Positions 1 to 13,262 are shown, numbered from the whole stretch's first letter. The stretch: DNA of 62,102 nt, filler included, from Choristocarpus tenellus KU-1152 (GCA_964200185.2; 14 parts of 14 records of this genome joined end to end with filler, not necessarily neighbours in it), one strand, 5' to 3'. Made by a program: numbers and translations. The notes: generated by a model from the sequence alone, not told the origin.

Positions 1-90
1 GTCGGATTTGAAATGTCAGTAAGAAAAGAAATTATTTGACCGAAACAGACGCCCCCTCACAAACCACCCCCCCCCCTAGATACTTTGACC
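1..90 (-). mobile_element. End of a TIR element (family C) ending ...AGATACTTTGACC; the same end, reverse-complemented, is at 28882-28936
   Basis: CCGAAACAGACGCCCCCTCACAAACC..CCCCTAGATACTTTGACC matches the reverse complement of GGGTCAAAGTATCTGCGGGG..GGTTTGTGAGGGGGCGGCCGTTTCGG. Confidence 0.7.
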
Positions 91-1174
91 TCGCACACAT
101 CTTGTAGTCCACTGCATCTTGTGCTCGTCAATATTGTGCCACCCGTCCTAGGTTCCCATGGTGCAGACAAGTGATCTTGTGAACAACACTACAGTTCTCC
201 CTGAGCTTATCCCAAGCAAACTACTTGTTTTCAAGCAAGCATTCCGTCTCCAATTCCATAGTGCAGTACTACAAGTACTTCAGAGCATAACACAAATATT
301 TATATTTCACACCATATAGGGTGTTGGGGAGAGAGGAAAAACTATAGGACAGTACTCCTCCAGTACATTATTCTGAGTTAAGTTGCTCCAACGTCCTGTT
401 GATAGGACGAGCCTTGGATGTCACGTTCCACATCTGACCCCAGTCCAAACTCTAGCCCAAACGCTAACCCTAATATGATATGGAGGTGGAGGGGTCAGAT
501 ACGCAACACTGATTATAACAGCACTTACACAAAAAATCGAGCCTGTTTATCACTTTGAGCCGAAGCAAGCATTTACCCTGGAACTCCACCTACCCCCTCA
601 ATGTTGTGAACATTATTGTTAACACCCTGGAGTATATTGTTTTTGCCACTACTTCTAAGTTTTATCATTGCTAATCTTTGCAATTTCATTCAAAATCCTG
701 ACAAAGGTTCGAAAAGGTCTAGTGGAGTTGCTGGGGGCTCTCTTAGACAGGGCCAGTGCAAACCTTCTGTACCTGGTGGTCACCTTCCTCAAGAAACTGG
801 TGGTAGGCGTATTAGTGATATTACATTAGGAACAGAGGGGAGGGGTACAGGCACAAGGAGAAAGGAGAGCACACTTGTCTTGTTCGTTTCTGTTATTTGG
901 AGATTTGCCCAAATATCAGTGAAGGCTGGTGTCAAAAAGGTCTCACTCCCTAGGAGCAGAAAAGGGCACTGGACCCTCATGAGCACCAGAAGTATATACT
1001 CTTACGGTAGTACTCATGGCCACAATATCATGAACAAGTTTATGAACACATATATAAAGGAGTCAACAACCTTCTATGTAGTGGAAATCGGTAAGGGTGC
1101 CATGTTCCACTCATTCCTGTCCCCCACTCACTGTCATCCCTTCCAAACGTGCGTCCACTCAATGTCAACAATAG

Positions 1175-2623
1175 GTGTTTGAGGAGAACAAGGAACGGGC
1201 ACGTGAGAGCAAGGTAGCATCGTCCCTGATGCATCTCGTGCCATGCTCTTGTGAGCCGCTGATTGCTATGAGTCTTCGCCTCCTCTTCAATCTGAGCTTT
1301 GATCCTGATATTAGGTATTTGTATTTCTTCAGGGTAATGTGTACCTGTTTTATATTCCTTCATAGTTTCTTTCTTCTTTCTTCCCATGTCCCGTACACGC
1401 TTAAACACCCACACCCACACCCACATCCACACCCACAATCTAGAGACCTGGTGTCGAGCCAAAGATAGGGTAGAGTCGCGTCCTTTTGGTGGCCAAAATC
1501 CAATGTTGCGATTTTGATGTGATTTTAGATATCGTATTTGTTAGGAAGTGTCATTATCCATGTTTCGGACACACCTTTCCATAATGTATACATTTTACCT
1601 ACTTTTAAAACATTTTGGCGTAAGAAAATGTCATTAAAAACCCATGGGAAGCGAAGCCCCAAATGGACAAACAGGGCAAAAATCGTACCCTTCTAAGATA
1701 CTTTCACTCTGTTCCTTCGCAACACCTGATTGAACACCAAGAATAAACTTTCATCAATGATGGAATCTCTAATTGTTGACTACCTCAAGTACTTCATGAG
1801 AAATGTACAACTAACGTTCACCTACCCCACCCCCACCCAGCTCCTTGTGTTCAGGATGTCACCTTACGTCACAAGTGACTACTAACTTTGTCACTTCAGT
1901 CCATAGAATTTCAGTCAACATTTTCTTTGTAATAGCAATGCTTGCACCTATCAAATCTAATCACAGGACACAGATGGTGAAAGCTGGCCTCATTCCCAAG
2001 ATGGTGGAGCTGCTGAAGAGACCACCATACCGAGCACGAGGGTTGCGTCTGCTCTACCATATGTCCATAGATGATCGTTGCAAGTCCATGTTTACCTACA
2101 CTGAGGTGTAGAGACACTTCTTACCCGGGCTATGCTCAGTGATATACTTGAATAGACATGTTACCTTAAAATACTGAAATTGGGATTGAAGTAGTAGACG
2201 GAGGTTGTTGAACACCTGGATATGTCTGGAAAGCTGTCCATGCCTGTCTGCACTGGGGCATGATAAAGTTCATTTGTGCTTCAGATGAGCTTAGAGGTAT
2301 TATGGGGGGGATACGTGGTGATCAAAGAAATCAAGCCTTCCTTCCCATCACTCATCATCAAATCTTCTGCTTATTCCATACACCCATTTTTCTTACCATT
2401 TTTGTAACGTCCCACTCTGTTGGATACAAAATCAAAACAGGCTATCCCCATCGTAATGCAGCTGGTCCTGAATTTTCCGCAGAAGATGCTTGCCAAAGAG
2501 CTCGCAGCCCTTGCCGTTAACCTCAGCCTCAACCCCCGAAACGCCCAGCTCATGGCTGGGCAGCGAGGACTGCAGCACTTGGTGGAACGAGGAGTGGAGA
2601 CGAAGGACCCTCTTCTCATGAAG
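1175..2623 (+). CDS. KAP3: Kinesin-associated protein 3 (kinesin-II/IFT accessory subunit), partial; exons 1175-1314, 1967-2105, 2441-2623
   Basis: Phase-compatible GT-AG exons splice to VFEENKERA..LLFNLSFDPDIRTQMVKAGLIPKM..LLYHMSIDDRCKSMFTYTEAIPIVM..LAVNLSLNPRNAQLM..DPLLMK. These are the characteristic armadillo-repeat motifs of KIFAP3/FLA3. Confidence 0.93.
1456..1709 (+). mobile_element. MITE family A (about 255 bp) in a KAP3 intron
   Basis: Termini GAGCCAAAG...AAGATACTTTCACTC, flanks TGTC/TGTT. Closely similar to copies at 46569-47086, 47958-48302 and 51844-52095. Confidence 0.85.
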
Positions 2624-2795
2624 GTGGGAAGCTCACCCCATTGGCCACATTTGTGTTGGCACTGTCTGTGAATGAAATGACAAAGTGAATCATCATAGGG
2701 AATGTGTCATCCATGTGGCCAATACTATGTTGTACATAGGTCAATACAGTACCCACTCCAGTTAGTTTACAATATGACCCAAAGTATCTGGGAGG

Positions 2796-2895
2796 NNNNN
2801 NNNNNNNNNNNNNNNNNNNNNNNNNNNNNNNNNNNNNNNTTAATTAATTAANNNNNNNNNNNNNNNNNNNNNNNNNNNNNNNNNNNNNNNNNNNN
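2796..2895. other. Artificial contig linker (44N-TTAATTAATTAA-44N). Identical linkers at 8114-8213, 14071-14170, 22460-22559, 25986-26085, 28937-29036, 33759-33858, 40539-40638, 43521-43620, 49711-49810, 52457-52556, 55080-55179, 57961-58060
   Basis: The same 100-bp structure, with a six-frame stop cassette, occurs 13 times and the flanking genes are unrelated. Confidence 0.99.
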
Positions 2896-3030
2896 GGGTC
2901 AATTTTTTCATGTCGCGATTTTCGGGTGATTTGGTTGCATACGTCGGATGGATAATGTAAACGCACTTTTCCTGATTTTGGCCCAAATGGACACTCTGGT
3001 GTAGACCCCCGCCCCCCAGATACTTTGAGT
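2896..3030 (+). mobile_element. MITE family B, truncated by the contig edge. Other partial ends at 2776-2795, 8039-8113, 22441-22459, 33895-33925, 49850-49890, 52382-52456, 54972-55030
   Basis: Matches the full copies at 35568-35749 and 37014-37189; ends CCCCCCAGATACTTTGAGTC. Confidence 0.85.
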
Positions 3031-3984
3031 CACAAACCTGGTCCACCACAGTGTCCTCTTCACAACACAAGCAATGGTACGAGCAAAACAATCCTTGTTG
3101 CTCTGGCTGGCAGGTCATGTCCTCAGGAGTAGGGAGGACCACAGGGCAGCCTCGTTCATCCAGCATTGAGGATTGTGGGGCCGTGGGAGCTGAAGTGGGT
3201 TTCACAGTGGAAGTGCTTACAGGTAGTGCAGTGGGGGGCGTTGACTGCAAAAATGGCAACGCACTTGTTACCACAGAGGGTGCTGGGCTGGGAACTGCAT
3301 TCGAGGTTGCAGAAGATGCGGTAGTAGGAGCCGCAGAGGGTGTAGCAGTTGGGAACGTAGTCACAGACAATGCCGAAAATGATGAGGTGGAATGGACTGT
3401 ATCGATTAACCGGCGTTCCTTCTCATCATGACGTTGGTCTACTGTCCAACCCTCCATCAGGATATCCGTATGGATATACTCCAGTGTTGAAGGACAAGGT
3501 TTACACCCTTCACATAACCCACAGGCCCTGCATACTTGGCCCTGGTTTAGAAGTAATAGAGAAGGAGAGAATAGAGATCAGGGGGGGAGTACTTCGTGCA
3601 ACCTCAACACTAGGAATCAGATAGGCTTCTGAGCCAGTTCACACAATGGGACCACTACGTGTGCAGAGACAGATTTCCTACATAGCCGAACACACTTCGA
3701 GCTCAGAGGTTTTCACCGAAAACGGAACACTCCTGACTTACTAGTCCAAGTACGTTACAAAGAAGGTCGTTGATTGCCCCCGGTCTCAGACAATCCCTGT
3801 CACATGCAACCCCGGTCCCACTCCCGACAAGTATCTCCAATGTTTCGTTATCGATGTAGCATCTAAGACAATTGTCTTCCTGGGCCATTGACAAACACAA
3901 TACAAGGCCAAGAAAATGGAGCACGGGCATCATTCTCCCACAGAGTTCGGCGTGACCTAGCTTCCTCAACCACAACCCCACCAT
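3031..3984 (-). CDS. Putative secreted Cys-rich protein with Ser/Thr/Pro mucin-like stalk; exons 3984 (or 3933)-3742 and 3541-about 3040; 3' part uncertain
   Basis: Signal-peptide-like MMPVLHFLGLVLCLSMAQ. A GTAAGT donor and pyrimidine-rich CAG acceptor join in frame to ..CDRDCLRPGAINDLLCNVLGL|GQVCRACGLCEGCKPCP... This is followed by PTATPSAAPT repeats and a second Cys cluster. Confidence 0.7.
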
Positions 3985-4153
3985 GCTATTAATATGGCTC
4001 TACATAAGTCGTTGAAGTCGTACATGATTTCAGACCGAATCTGATTGGATTTCATGAACGTTTCACCCTCTTCACCAGTTTCACTCTCGTTCCAATGCAT
4101 GAGATATCGACTCAACATTGAACCCGACCGAATACATCACTTTCGCGCTTATC

Positions 4154-7100
4154 ATGGGCAACGGCGCCAGCATTGCTCCTGATGTTAGTGCCACGGTCGA
4201 TACGACCACAAAGTATGTGAATTTACAAGACAAACCCGAGCAATCTCCGCGCATTGTACATTCAGATGCTTCGGTCCCACATGAGCACACGAAGTACTTG
4301 GATCCGAAGTCCCCTTATATACAACCAGCAGAGGGTGAACGCGTACTAGAGAAAAATCATGAAGGACATAAAAATGACCCAATTTTTACAGGGGAGTGTA
4401 AAGCGATCATAAATGTTGTGGAAGAAGAGACAGATGGAGCCAAAGAAACCGAAGGCGGACGGAAAAAAGGCGCTCAACCTGTCGAGTCCAACAAAGAAAA
4501 CTCTGAAGGCGACAAGAGTTCGCTATCCGTCATAAGTTCGCTCGGAGATCAGAAACGTTCCGTGGAAGAGGGATCGATCAATCAGCGTAAGAAGTCAGTA
4601 ATGCAGGACACAGCGACTGGACTTGAGCAGCTTCAACTCGATGAAAACGGATGCCTCCACACGGACGTAGCAAAGGACCGCGCACTCAAGGGCAGGAACG
4701 AGTATCCAGGGTCAGAAAACAGACGAGAACAGAAGACGGGAGTTAAGCGTAGGCGACATCAACGCCGGCACCACCGTCATCGACGCGGGAAAATCAAAGG
4801 ATCAGACGAAAGCGAGGCTGCATCTGACGCAGCATCAAGCATTGAACACCAAGATAAATTAAAATTGCTGCAGGAATCTATTCCATATTTTGGTCAAGGC
4901 GATACTGCTCGAGACAACGTAGTACGTTCTGTTCTCAGTAATGCTAGTACTAGTGAGCTTGCTGGCCTAGATGAGTACAATAACACCTTACTCATCCTGG
5001 CTTGCCAGTATCGATGCACGAGTCTCGTCCCCATTATCCTTGCGAGGGGAAATGGGACTATAGATGTGAATGCCACAAACTCCTCTGGAGCCTGCGCATT
5101 GCATTTTACCTGCTACAAAGATAGCGTATCTCTCGAGATAGCTACTTTACTGTTGAGCGAGGGGGCACAACCAGAAGTGGTGGAGAGTACATATGGGTGA
5201 GTGTAACATCAACACCAGGTTCAGGTGTGTATTGATTTCTCGCATTTTGGACTCCGTTGTTATTTGAAATATTGGACAGTGCACTTGTCAAGTCAGAATA
5301 TGTTGAACGGAGAGCACAAGTTTCGCACTCTAGAGTCTTTGCTTTTCGCTTTGACACAACAACGTCTGAGCAAAACAGTTGTAGTACAGAACACTCAATA
5401 TCAGTCACTGGCACCTCTTTTTAGATTATTCACATTTTACGAAAATGTTTTGAGTATTACGCTCCTTCTATCTGTCTGGTCAAAACACTTGTTCCACAGG
5501 TGCACACCTCTTCACTATGCTGCAGGGGCAGGTGATGTCAACCTTTGCAAAGCACTTGTAGAGTATGGAGGCAAGGTGAACACATGTGACTTTTACCACT
5601 TTGCCGCTGTTGATTATGCAAAGCAGTCTGGGATGCAGGAGTGTGTGGACTACCTTACATCAAACATTCAGACGAGTGCTGAAAAATCAGGTATGAGCGC
5701 TCACTGTTTCCCAGGGATGTATCTGTGGTCAGTGATACCTTACAATAAGACTTGTCAATAATTGGTTTGTCTGTATCGTACTAGTCGAGAAGTAATAGCA
5801 TAGGAATCATCGTCCCAGTCCACCCCCACTTGAAACCAAGCGACTGCCTTGTCGGCTAGTTGATTCTCCGTCAACCCAATCTTTTCTATCTCAATCTATG
5901 GCCGGTCTTGACGAATTGATCGTCTGCAAGGTGAGGGAGCAGTCATCTCCTCATCCCTTCCGGGGCAAGGAGGGTTTGTCACAAACACGTGCACCACCGT
6001 CCCTACATTTATTCACCAGGACACAGATGACAGTCTGGAGCTAGAAGATGTGTTTGGAACTTCTGATCTCTCCACATCACCAGCAATACCAGCAAACTCC
6101 TCAAATACTAATGCTGGGACAGGATTCTGGTGGAACAGTGGCAGTGATAGTGACGACTTTGTTGCAATTGATGCTAACGGAAGCAATGGAGGGATTGGCT
6201 ACTGGACCAGGCATCATGATCCAGATTCTGGCATGGCCTACCACATTAATGACAAAGTGAGCCTGAGAACAGAATTACAAGGTTTGCGGTACAGCGGTAG
6301 TGTTGTCAAGACCTATTGCTTTAGGTGCATGATTGGTCAATATTTTCTGCTGCACAAAAAGATCACCTTCACTAAAGATATAATTCTCACATATTTCCTC
6401 ATTTAAGTCGTTTGATCGACCTGGGAGGAAATATATCTTCCAAGTTCTACCCACAGCAGCGGAAGCATAGGTATATGCAGAATATCCTACGCAATTTGAA
6501 GCTGTAAATAGTGAAACCTCCAACCCCTACCCCCTTCCTACATCAAGCAACTCCTTCCATTTCTTTGCTTTGCCCTATGTCATCGTTCTGTACATGTTGC
6601 AAACTGAAAAAGGCATAAATAGCTCTGATGTAATACTGACGTCCTCTCTCATTTGGTGGATACTCCCCACATTAGACTGGGGAGAGTTTGTGGGAGAAGG
6701 ACTTAATACTTCAAGTCAAGACCTTGAGTGAGAAAGGAAATGAAGGGGGAGTACCTGCAGGCCAGGCTGAACAGTGGCTGAAGCAGCAGGTTCACCGTTC
6801 CAGGCTGATCATTTATTTGGGGAAGCATGACCCCCTCACCATGATGCAGGTGATGATGCTGAGTAGGTGCCGCAGAAGTTTGGTGTATGGGAGGGGTTGC
6901 TCTGAACTCACCAATCTTTTTTTCTTGTCTTGAGAAAATATGCTGACTTATCAACATGCTCTTCTCATTTTTTAAAAATTGTTCCTTTAGCTACACCATC
7001 AACTGATCTCTTCCTCCCAAAGCAACCAATTATTTTTCCACCTCAAATTTCCACCAATATATAACATTGATCATGAATATCGCTTCACCCCTCAAATCTA

Positions 7101-7365
7101 ATCCTGCATGCTCAGGTTCTGCAGAAGGGGGAATACACTCTTTTCTCCATGCGCTCTCCTTATCTTCCCAGTAAAGGATTTGTGCCCTGCATGCAGATAC
7201 CTCGTTTTGGTTAAACAATTCCAATTGCAATGCTCTTTATTGACAGCGTGTGTTGGTTTTACTTTGTCGACCAATTAGGTTGATGATATTCTCAGGAAAT
7301 TCACTGGCAAGGAAAAAGAACTGTTCGAAAAGCTCACTGCCCACTATGGGGCCAAGGAGGACGAG
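4154..7365 (+). CDS. Ankyrin-repeat + WW-domain protein, 3' partial; exons 4154-5196, 5500-5690, 6027-6256, 6676-6849, 7279-about 7365
   Basis: MGNGAS start. Ankyrin repeats NNTLLILACQY, GACALHFTC and GCTPLHYAAGAG. WW domain WTRHHDPDSGMAYHINDK|TGESLWE spans an intron, followed by RLIIYLGKHDP..VDDILRKFTGKEKELFEKLTAHYG. All splice phases are compatible. Confidence 0.85.
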
Positions 7366-7769
7366 GTGGTGGCTGGTCTGGTGAGCAAAATGGAAAATTC
7401 TTTTGCAATGGCTTGGTGTAGGGTTTAGGACGCATGAGGGCTAGGTCAGTAGATGTGACTCAATAGTTGCATGACATTCCAATTGAGGTTTCCTAGGGCC
7501 ACTCAGAATTACATCAGAATCTTACATGGAGAAAATACTTTATTTAATCAGTCATGTTGAGATTTCTTGGTTGCTCTGCTACAGGAAAAGCATTGCAAAG
7601 CGTAAACTCACTAATATATCCCGGAAAGTCATTTTGTGATATTTCAGGGGAATCGTTGTTTGCGACTAGAGCTAGACTTCCTCACTGTCAAATAGCACAG
7701 TACAAACACCCTACTGTCTGCTCGCATGTTGAATAACACCTACACTTTGAAGTATATGGACAGAAGGCA

Positions 7770-8035
7770 TCCCTAGTATCCTAGAGGGGAGGTTAGGTGT
7801 CCATTCGGGGCCAATGTGAACCTGTAGTGATTCTCATGTCATCCGAGTGAATGTGTCAGATTTAATGCCAATTTTCTCCATCTGATCCCACCGTCTTTTT
7901 CCATTCCCCTACCTAAACCAAAATCCAAAGAAAAATAAATCTAACACAGTCGTCAAACTGGTGTATCTTACAACACCCCCATCTAGTCCCGAATGGACAA
8001 CCTGGGCTAAATACACACCCCTCTAAGACACTATG
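7770..8035. mobile_element. Divergent TIR element related to family A
   Basis: Imperfect inverted ends AGTATCCTAGAGGG..GTGTCCATTCGG / CCGAATGGACA..CCCTCTAAGACACT. Confidence 0.55.
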
Positions 8036-8484
8036 GCAGGCTCAAAGTATCTGGGAGGGGGTGGCGGCTGTCCATTTGGGGTCAATTTTTTCATGTCGCG
8101 ATTTTTGGGTTATNNNNNNNNNNNNNNNNNNNNNNNNNNNNNNNNNNNNNNNNNNNNTTAATTAATTAANNNNNNNNNNNNNNNNNNNNNNNNNNNNNNN
8201 NNNNNNNNNNNNNGGGAAAGGAAACATGGGGGGGGGGGTGATGCCATGCAGTATATTTTGAAGGACGTGTGTTGTCAACAGCGCATCCCACTTTGCAACC
8301 AAGGCTTGTGCTTGAGGTGTCTCCAAGTGGGAGAAAAAGTTATTTTCATCCAACTGTCCTTTTGCAAAAATGTGATCCTTATCTGCCCGTACAAATTTGT
8401 AATCTCTTTCTCACCTCCCTACCTTCCTATGGATGTACTTCTCCCCAACTACAAAATAAATTGAAAAATGAAAAAAACTTGTAG

Positions 8485-9193
8485 GGTGGGAAAGGCATTG
8501 ATCGCTGAGGGGCGTCCAGAAGCGGCAGAGCCTCTCCTTCGACAGGCACTGGATATTGCTCTCAAGCCCTTGCATGTATCAACCTATTCACACACAGCCA
8601 TATCACAGAATGTGAACTTGATTCGTCAGTACGGTGAAAAGGTGCTGTGTATTAGCTGGATGGATATAGACTCTGTGGTTTGGTGTTTGGGAATTGATGC
8701 TGTTTGTGTGTGTGTGAGTGTGTGTTTGTGTTTTACTTGTTGGGTGTTGGCACTGGTGGTTGTGGCGTTATGGATGTATTTGGATCTTTTGATTGTTGAG
8801 AGATTTGAGAGGTTTTGAGTGTGGAGCTGAAGTGCTATGCGGGTGCTGTGGAGGGTAGGAGGGTGCATGTTACGAGCGTTGATGGATTTGGATACACCCC
8901 CTGCTACCTCACCTGAGGTTCTTGTTGGATCGTTTGCTCTGTCCATCCCATTGGACTATAGCATTTGACAGTTCAAATTTTCTATGCGTGTGACAGTTCG
9001 AAGGTGTCTATAGATCATGCATTCCTGTAAATGAAACCTCAAAAGCAAAAGTTCCTGTGTTCCTTGCAGTCCTCCTCATCTACTTTGCCCCGTATCCCCG
9101 GATACAAAATACAAAATACAAAATACAAACACAACTTGTCAGTACGCTGGATATTTATTAAGATCCCCACAAATATTTGTTTCTCACAAGGTT

Positions 9194-9238
<45 letters not shown>

Positions 9239-11413
9239 CCCCACACTCTTTCCTTCTNNNNNNNNNNAACAACACTTGCCATTCTCCTCGCTATTTTTTA
9301 AAACCCCCAACAAAATTTTTTTTTCCAAACGTTCCCCCCCCCCCCCCCCCCCAACCCTAAGCAGTATATTCAACATTTTCTTTACTGCCTGGTCTTGAGT
9401 AACAAATGACAAGACTATGCCATGTTTCATTTATCAAATCTGGTATAATAACTGCCAAGGAGGAAAAGTAGTTTTCCATTCTCTCCACACCTTCGATAGC
9501 AATCCTTCCATCATGTCGATCTTGATATTTTGTGCTGTTGTTGTTGGGTAGCAAACGAAGTTGGTCTTCTGTGTAAGCCTCCTTGACTGTTCATATCTCC
9601 ATTCTTCATCAGTGTTTAAGATAGGGTTGTGATTTAGTCGGCCAATGACCATGCCAGAAGTTGTTGGTGATACATGTTGGATGTTTCTTTCTGTTGGTAA
9701 AAGTCGTATTGTTCTACTGCTTTGCTGACTGTCGATTTCTTGTTTGGGGGAAGGGAGATTTTCCTGGGCTTGTTGGCAGATGCCCCTCCCAAAAGGGCCT
9801 GTTTTAAAAAGTTCCTGTTTTAAAACGCGGATGCCCTCCCTCAAAATAAAACAAAATCTGATACCTTGCAGGGCAGAAAGACTGCTGATGAACAATTGTC
9901 GAGATTTATGGCTCAGGCTAAGACAAGCAGACTCCATGGGAGTCACATCCTTGTTCTCGAGGCGAAAAAACAACTCTCCATTGCGTTGATCGCTCAGGCA
10001 GAGGTGGGAGGATTGGGGGGGGGGGNNNNNNNNNACCGAGCATATGGTGGGGGGGGGGAAGGTTGAAAAACACTGGTGGATTTTGGGAGTTGGTGTAGGG
10101 GTGCTGCTTGGAAGATTTGTCAGAATTGTGAGGTTGAGGAGTTTTTAGATAGAAAATTATTTTGTCTATCACTGCTTATTCGATGCAAGTGTGTATTCTG
10201 TCTGAAGTCTCCAAAACATCATTTGTTCAACTAGTGAAGAACTTTCCTTTTGGGAAGATAGCCACATTCAGCCATAATAATTGTCACCATTTGTATATAT
10301 ATATATACATGTTCTGGTCTGTCACATGGATATTCCCGGGATTTTCACGGGACCCTGTTTTGCCATAGGTCTGCTGGGTTGATTGGTTGTGGTCTCAGCC
10401 CGCCACATGGGTCTCAGGATTGGTCTTGATTTGCAATTGGAGTCAAGTACTGATCCTGTTGAAGTTAAAGTGGTTGACAAGATCCCACAATATGACAAGA
10501 CAAAAATGAAATCATCCTGAAGTTTCTACACCAGATGTGGGACGTTGGGGAAGAAAGAAAATAAGATTGGAGCCCAAACACACAATGCCTGGTCCAAATC
10601 GAATCTGAGATTCACATGAGCCATAGGTGCAGTTCTGAGCGTATAAATACATACCTGTACATATATTTCTGTACGTTTGCAATACTATGAAGGGCATGTG
10701 AAACAGCCTGCGGCTTTCCATCCTTGTGAAAAGGAGATAAAAAAATTGAGGAAGATGCTATGGTTGTGAGGGTTGCAATAATACTTGACAAGTATCAGGG
10801 AGAGGCATCATGTCGAGCCCAAGTGGGCAAAGCTGTAGCTGCAGGCTACCTCTGCCTTCAAGCTGGACAAATGCTGAGCAGGGCAAAAATTGAGGGGAGG
10901 GGGTTATATTTCTTGTGGTAGTTAGAGACATAGAGGGAAGGTGGTCGATTCACAGAGGGTTGCCATTTGATTTTTGGGGTTGTCGGTGGTTGTACCTACC
11001 AGCAGTCTGTGTCGTCTTCCTGTGGTTCATTCATCAAATGTGTTGAATTAATCAGCAAAGGTAGCCTACTGCTATCAGCCCCGACACTGTAGTCACAGCC
11101 TGTTCTTGTCTTCGCTAACATTCTCGTCCCCTGTTGGCAGTGGTGGTCCTTATACTGCCATGTAAATTTTGTACACACTACTACCCCACTACAAGCCCGC
11201 CCTAACCTTAATCCTCTTTGCTTGCCTCCTTAACGTTCGCCACATCTGGCGATACTTCTTTGGATTGACTTGATTGGATTGACGTCACATGCCTCGGTAC
11301 AGGAGTCAGATTCCTGTTTGATGAAGGGTAAGGACTGCCTTCTCTTGCTGTCCACGGTGGAGAGGAAAAAACTCATGGAAGAAGGGAAGGTGCTCGCTGA
11401 AGCAACTCGTTGA
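8485..11413 (+). CDS. 3' part of a helical (TPR-like) protein; exons about 8485-8641, 9872-10003, about 10730-10850, 11303-11413
   Basis: VGKALIAEGRPEAAEPLLRQALDI is TPR-like. AG/GT-bounded open segments end at KLMEEGKVLAEATR*. Confidence 0.5.
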
Positions 11414-13262
11414 GTTTTTCTGCGCGCCCCGACCTGACTCCTTTGTTCCAAAATAAACGGGTGAATTGATGCCACTGGTTAACCTTGGTTGAGGTATGAT
11501 AAGGAAGGCCGGTTCTATCCGTTGTAGCTGAACCCAATTTCCTCTTAGACAAAAAAAAAAGAAGAAGCAGTAGATGTGTTCTTATCTAAGTTCTTTTTTT
11601 TCAACCCAGCAGTCTTACCCCTTGATAGGAATTTGGTTGCATAGATGTCGGCCACCCCTTCCAGCATTGGGGCTGTGAGGGACATAGTGAGGTGGTGTTG
11701 AGGTGACCTAGTTGGATGCTTCACCACCAGTGCAGGAAACAACTGTCGCTGCTTTTATGAATGAGGTTCGTGATGATGACAGTCGCCTGCTCTTGTTGGA
11801 AAGCTAGCTCCGATTGAAATTTGTCGAGTGTCTTCAAAGTCTCAGTTGACTGTATCTTGATATATTTGAGTTTATATTGCATCGTATTTGATTTGTTTGG
11901 GATACACACGTACTAGTTCCGTTAATGTTATTGAAGTATTATTTGCTCAAGTTTGCTAATGTCAGATGATGCCTCACAACCACAGATGTGAATTCAAGTA
12001 GGAAGCAAGATGTTGATGTTGTGCAACTACAAGAGCTGGTTCATTCCCCAGAACGATGTGCTGTGTGCTTGATTCCTTAAGTGTTTTTAGACTCGAGTGA
12101 TATTATGATGTTTTAGCCCCCCCACACCTTTTTTTGCAGTTTGTGTCCCCCAATTGTTGTGATGTTCATTGCTTGAAATAGTGGGGGTGCTACCTGTATG
12201 TAGCACATGGCGTGTAATGTTATTGTTCCTCCTGCTTCTTCTATGCCCTTTCAAATATTGTCACATATTATACTTTTTTTTCAACTATTGCACTGCTGCT
12301 AAGGACATCTCAAATTTGTGTGTAGCGATGAATTGGTGGATATGTTGAAGTGTTGTCATACCACCCCCCTTTTCCCTGTTATGCACAGTGACGTATTGTC
12401 TTCCTGTCCCTTTCCCTTCTACCTCTTTCACGATTTTCAGAAAAATTCTACCTGTAGATTTTTGAAGAGATCGCGCAACCTCCCGTTGTGTGATTTAGGG
12501 TGTGAAAGTGATCACAGCTACCCAGCATTGATTTTTTGGGGTTGATAGTAATAACTGTAGTAGTTTTTTGTACACACAGTGCCCCAGATACTCTTATCGT
12601 TTTTGTCGACCCCCTTCCTTTCTACCTGTGGTATTAATAGTGCGTGTTCTTATTGTTGCAAAGTCCCCTTTTCCTTTACTCTCTCTGATGAACTTGAATT
12701 GTCGACAATTTTTTTTAGGGTGTGGATTGTTTATTGGGCAGTTCAAATTTGTGGTGATTTACGTACATGTTAGTTGAAGTTCGTATGGTCAGCTTTCAAA
12801 CAAGCCCAATCTCAACGCCTGATTGAGCCAAATCAGTTGGGGGCTAGGCAGGTTGAATCCCTTTGCATCTAAGCCGTCTTTCTTACCCTGTGCAATACAC
12901 TCTACTTCATTGCTTTATATGCACAATAGTGTACGCAAAATTGAAGTTCCCCCTTGCCACATGTAGAGTGACACCTCAATCAAGCAAATGCTCTTTCTGA
13001 TATTGTACAGAATGGCATATTTTTGCCTTCTCTCGGGAAGCTTAAAATACAACCCTGCTCATCTGTCAATTGATTTGGCTAGTAGTGGAAATGCCAGAAA
13101 TATTGTCGTGCCATTACTTACTACTACTACTTCGTCCAAATGGTGGCTTAGATTGCAATAGGGCTCAAACCTGCCTACCTATCAATTGGGTTGACTCTCA
13201 ACAGTACAGGTTACTGTACTATATTCGATATTGCAGACGTCCAATCAGTCTGTTGCTTACAG

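Noticed and set aside
616-1182. 188-aa ORF and the many other short ORFs in the track
   Set aside because: They lie in introns, antisense to real exons, or in repeats, and have no recognisable motifs.
2840-2851. Recurrent TTAATTAATTAA palindrome within N runs
   Set aside because: It is an artificial six-frame-stop linker used to join contigs. ORFs ending in ..XXXLIN are artefacts of it.
3703-3705. TGA in a Cys-rich ORF as possible selenocysteine or readthrough
   Set aside because: The TGA lies inside a canonical GT-AG intron (3741-3542), and splicing restores the frame.
9031-9430. Poly-Pro and poly-Gly ORFs
   Set aside because: They come from poly-C homopolymers with Ns in low-quality intronic sequence.
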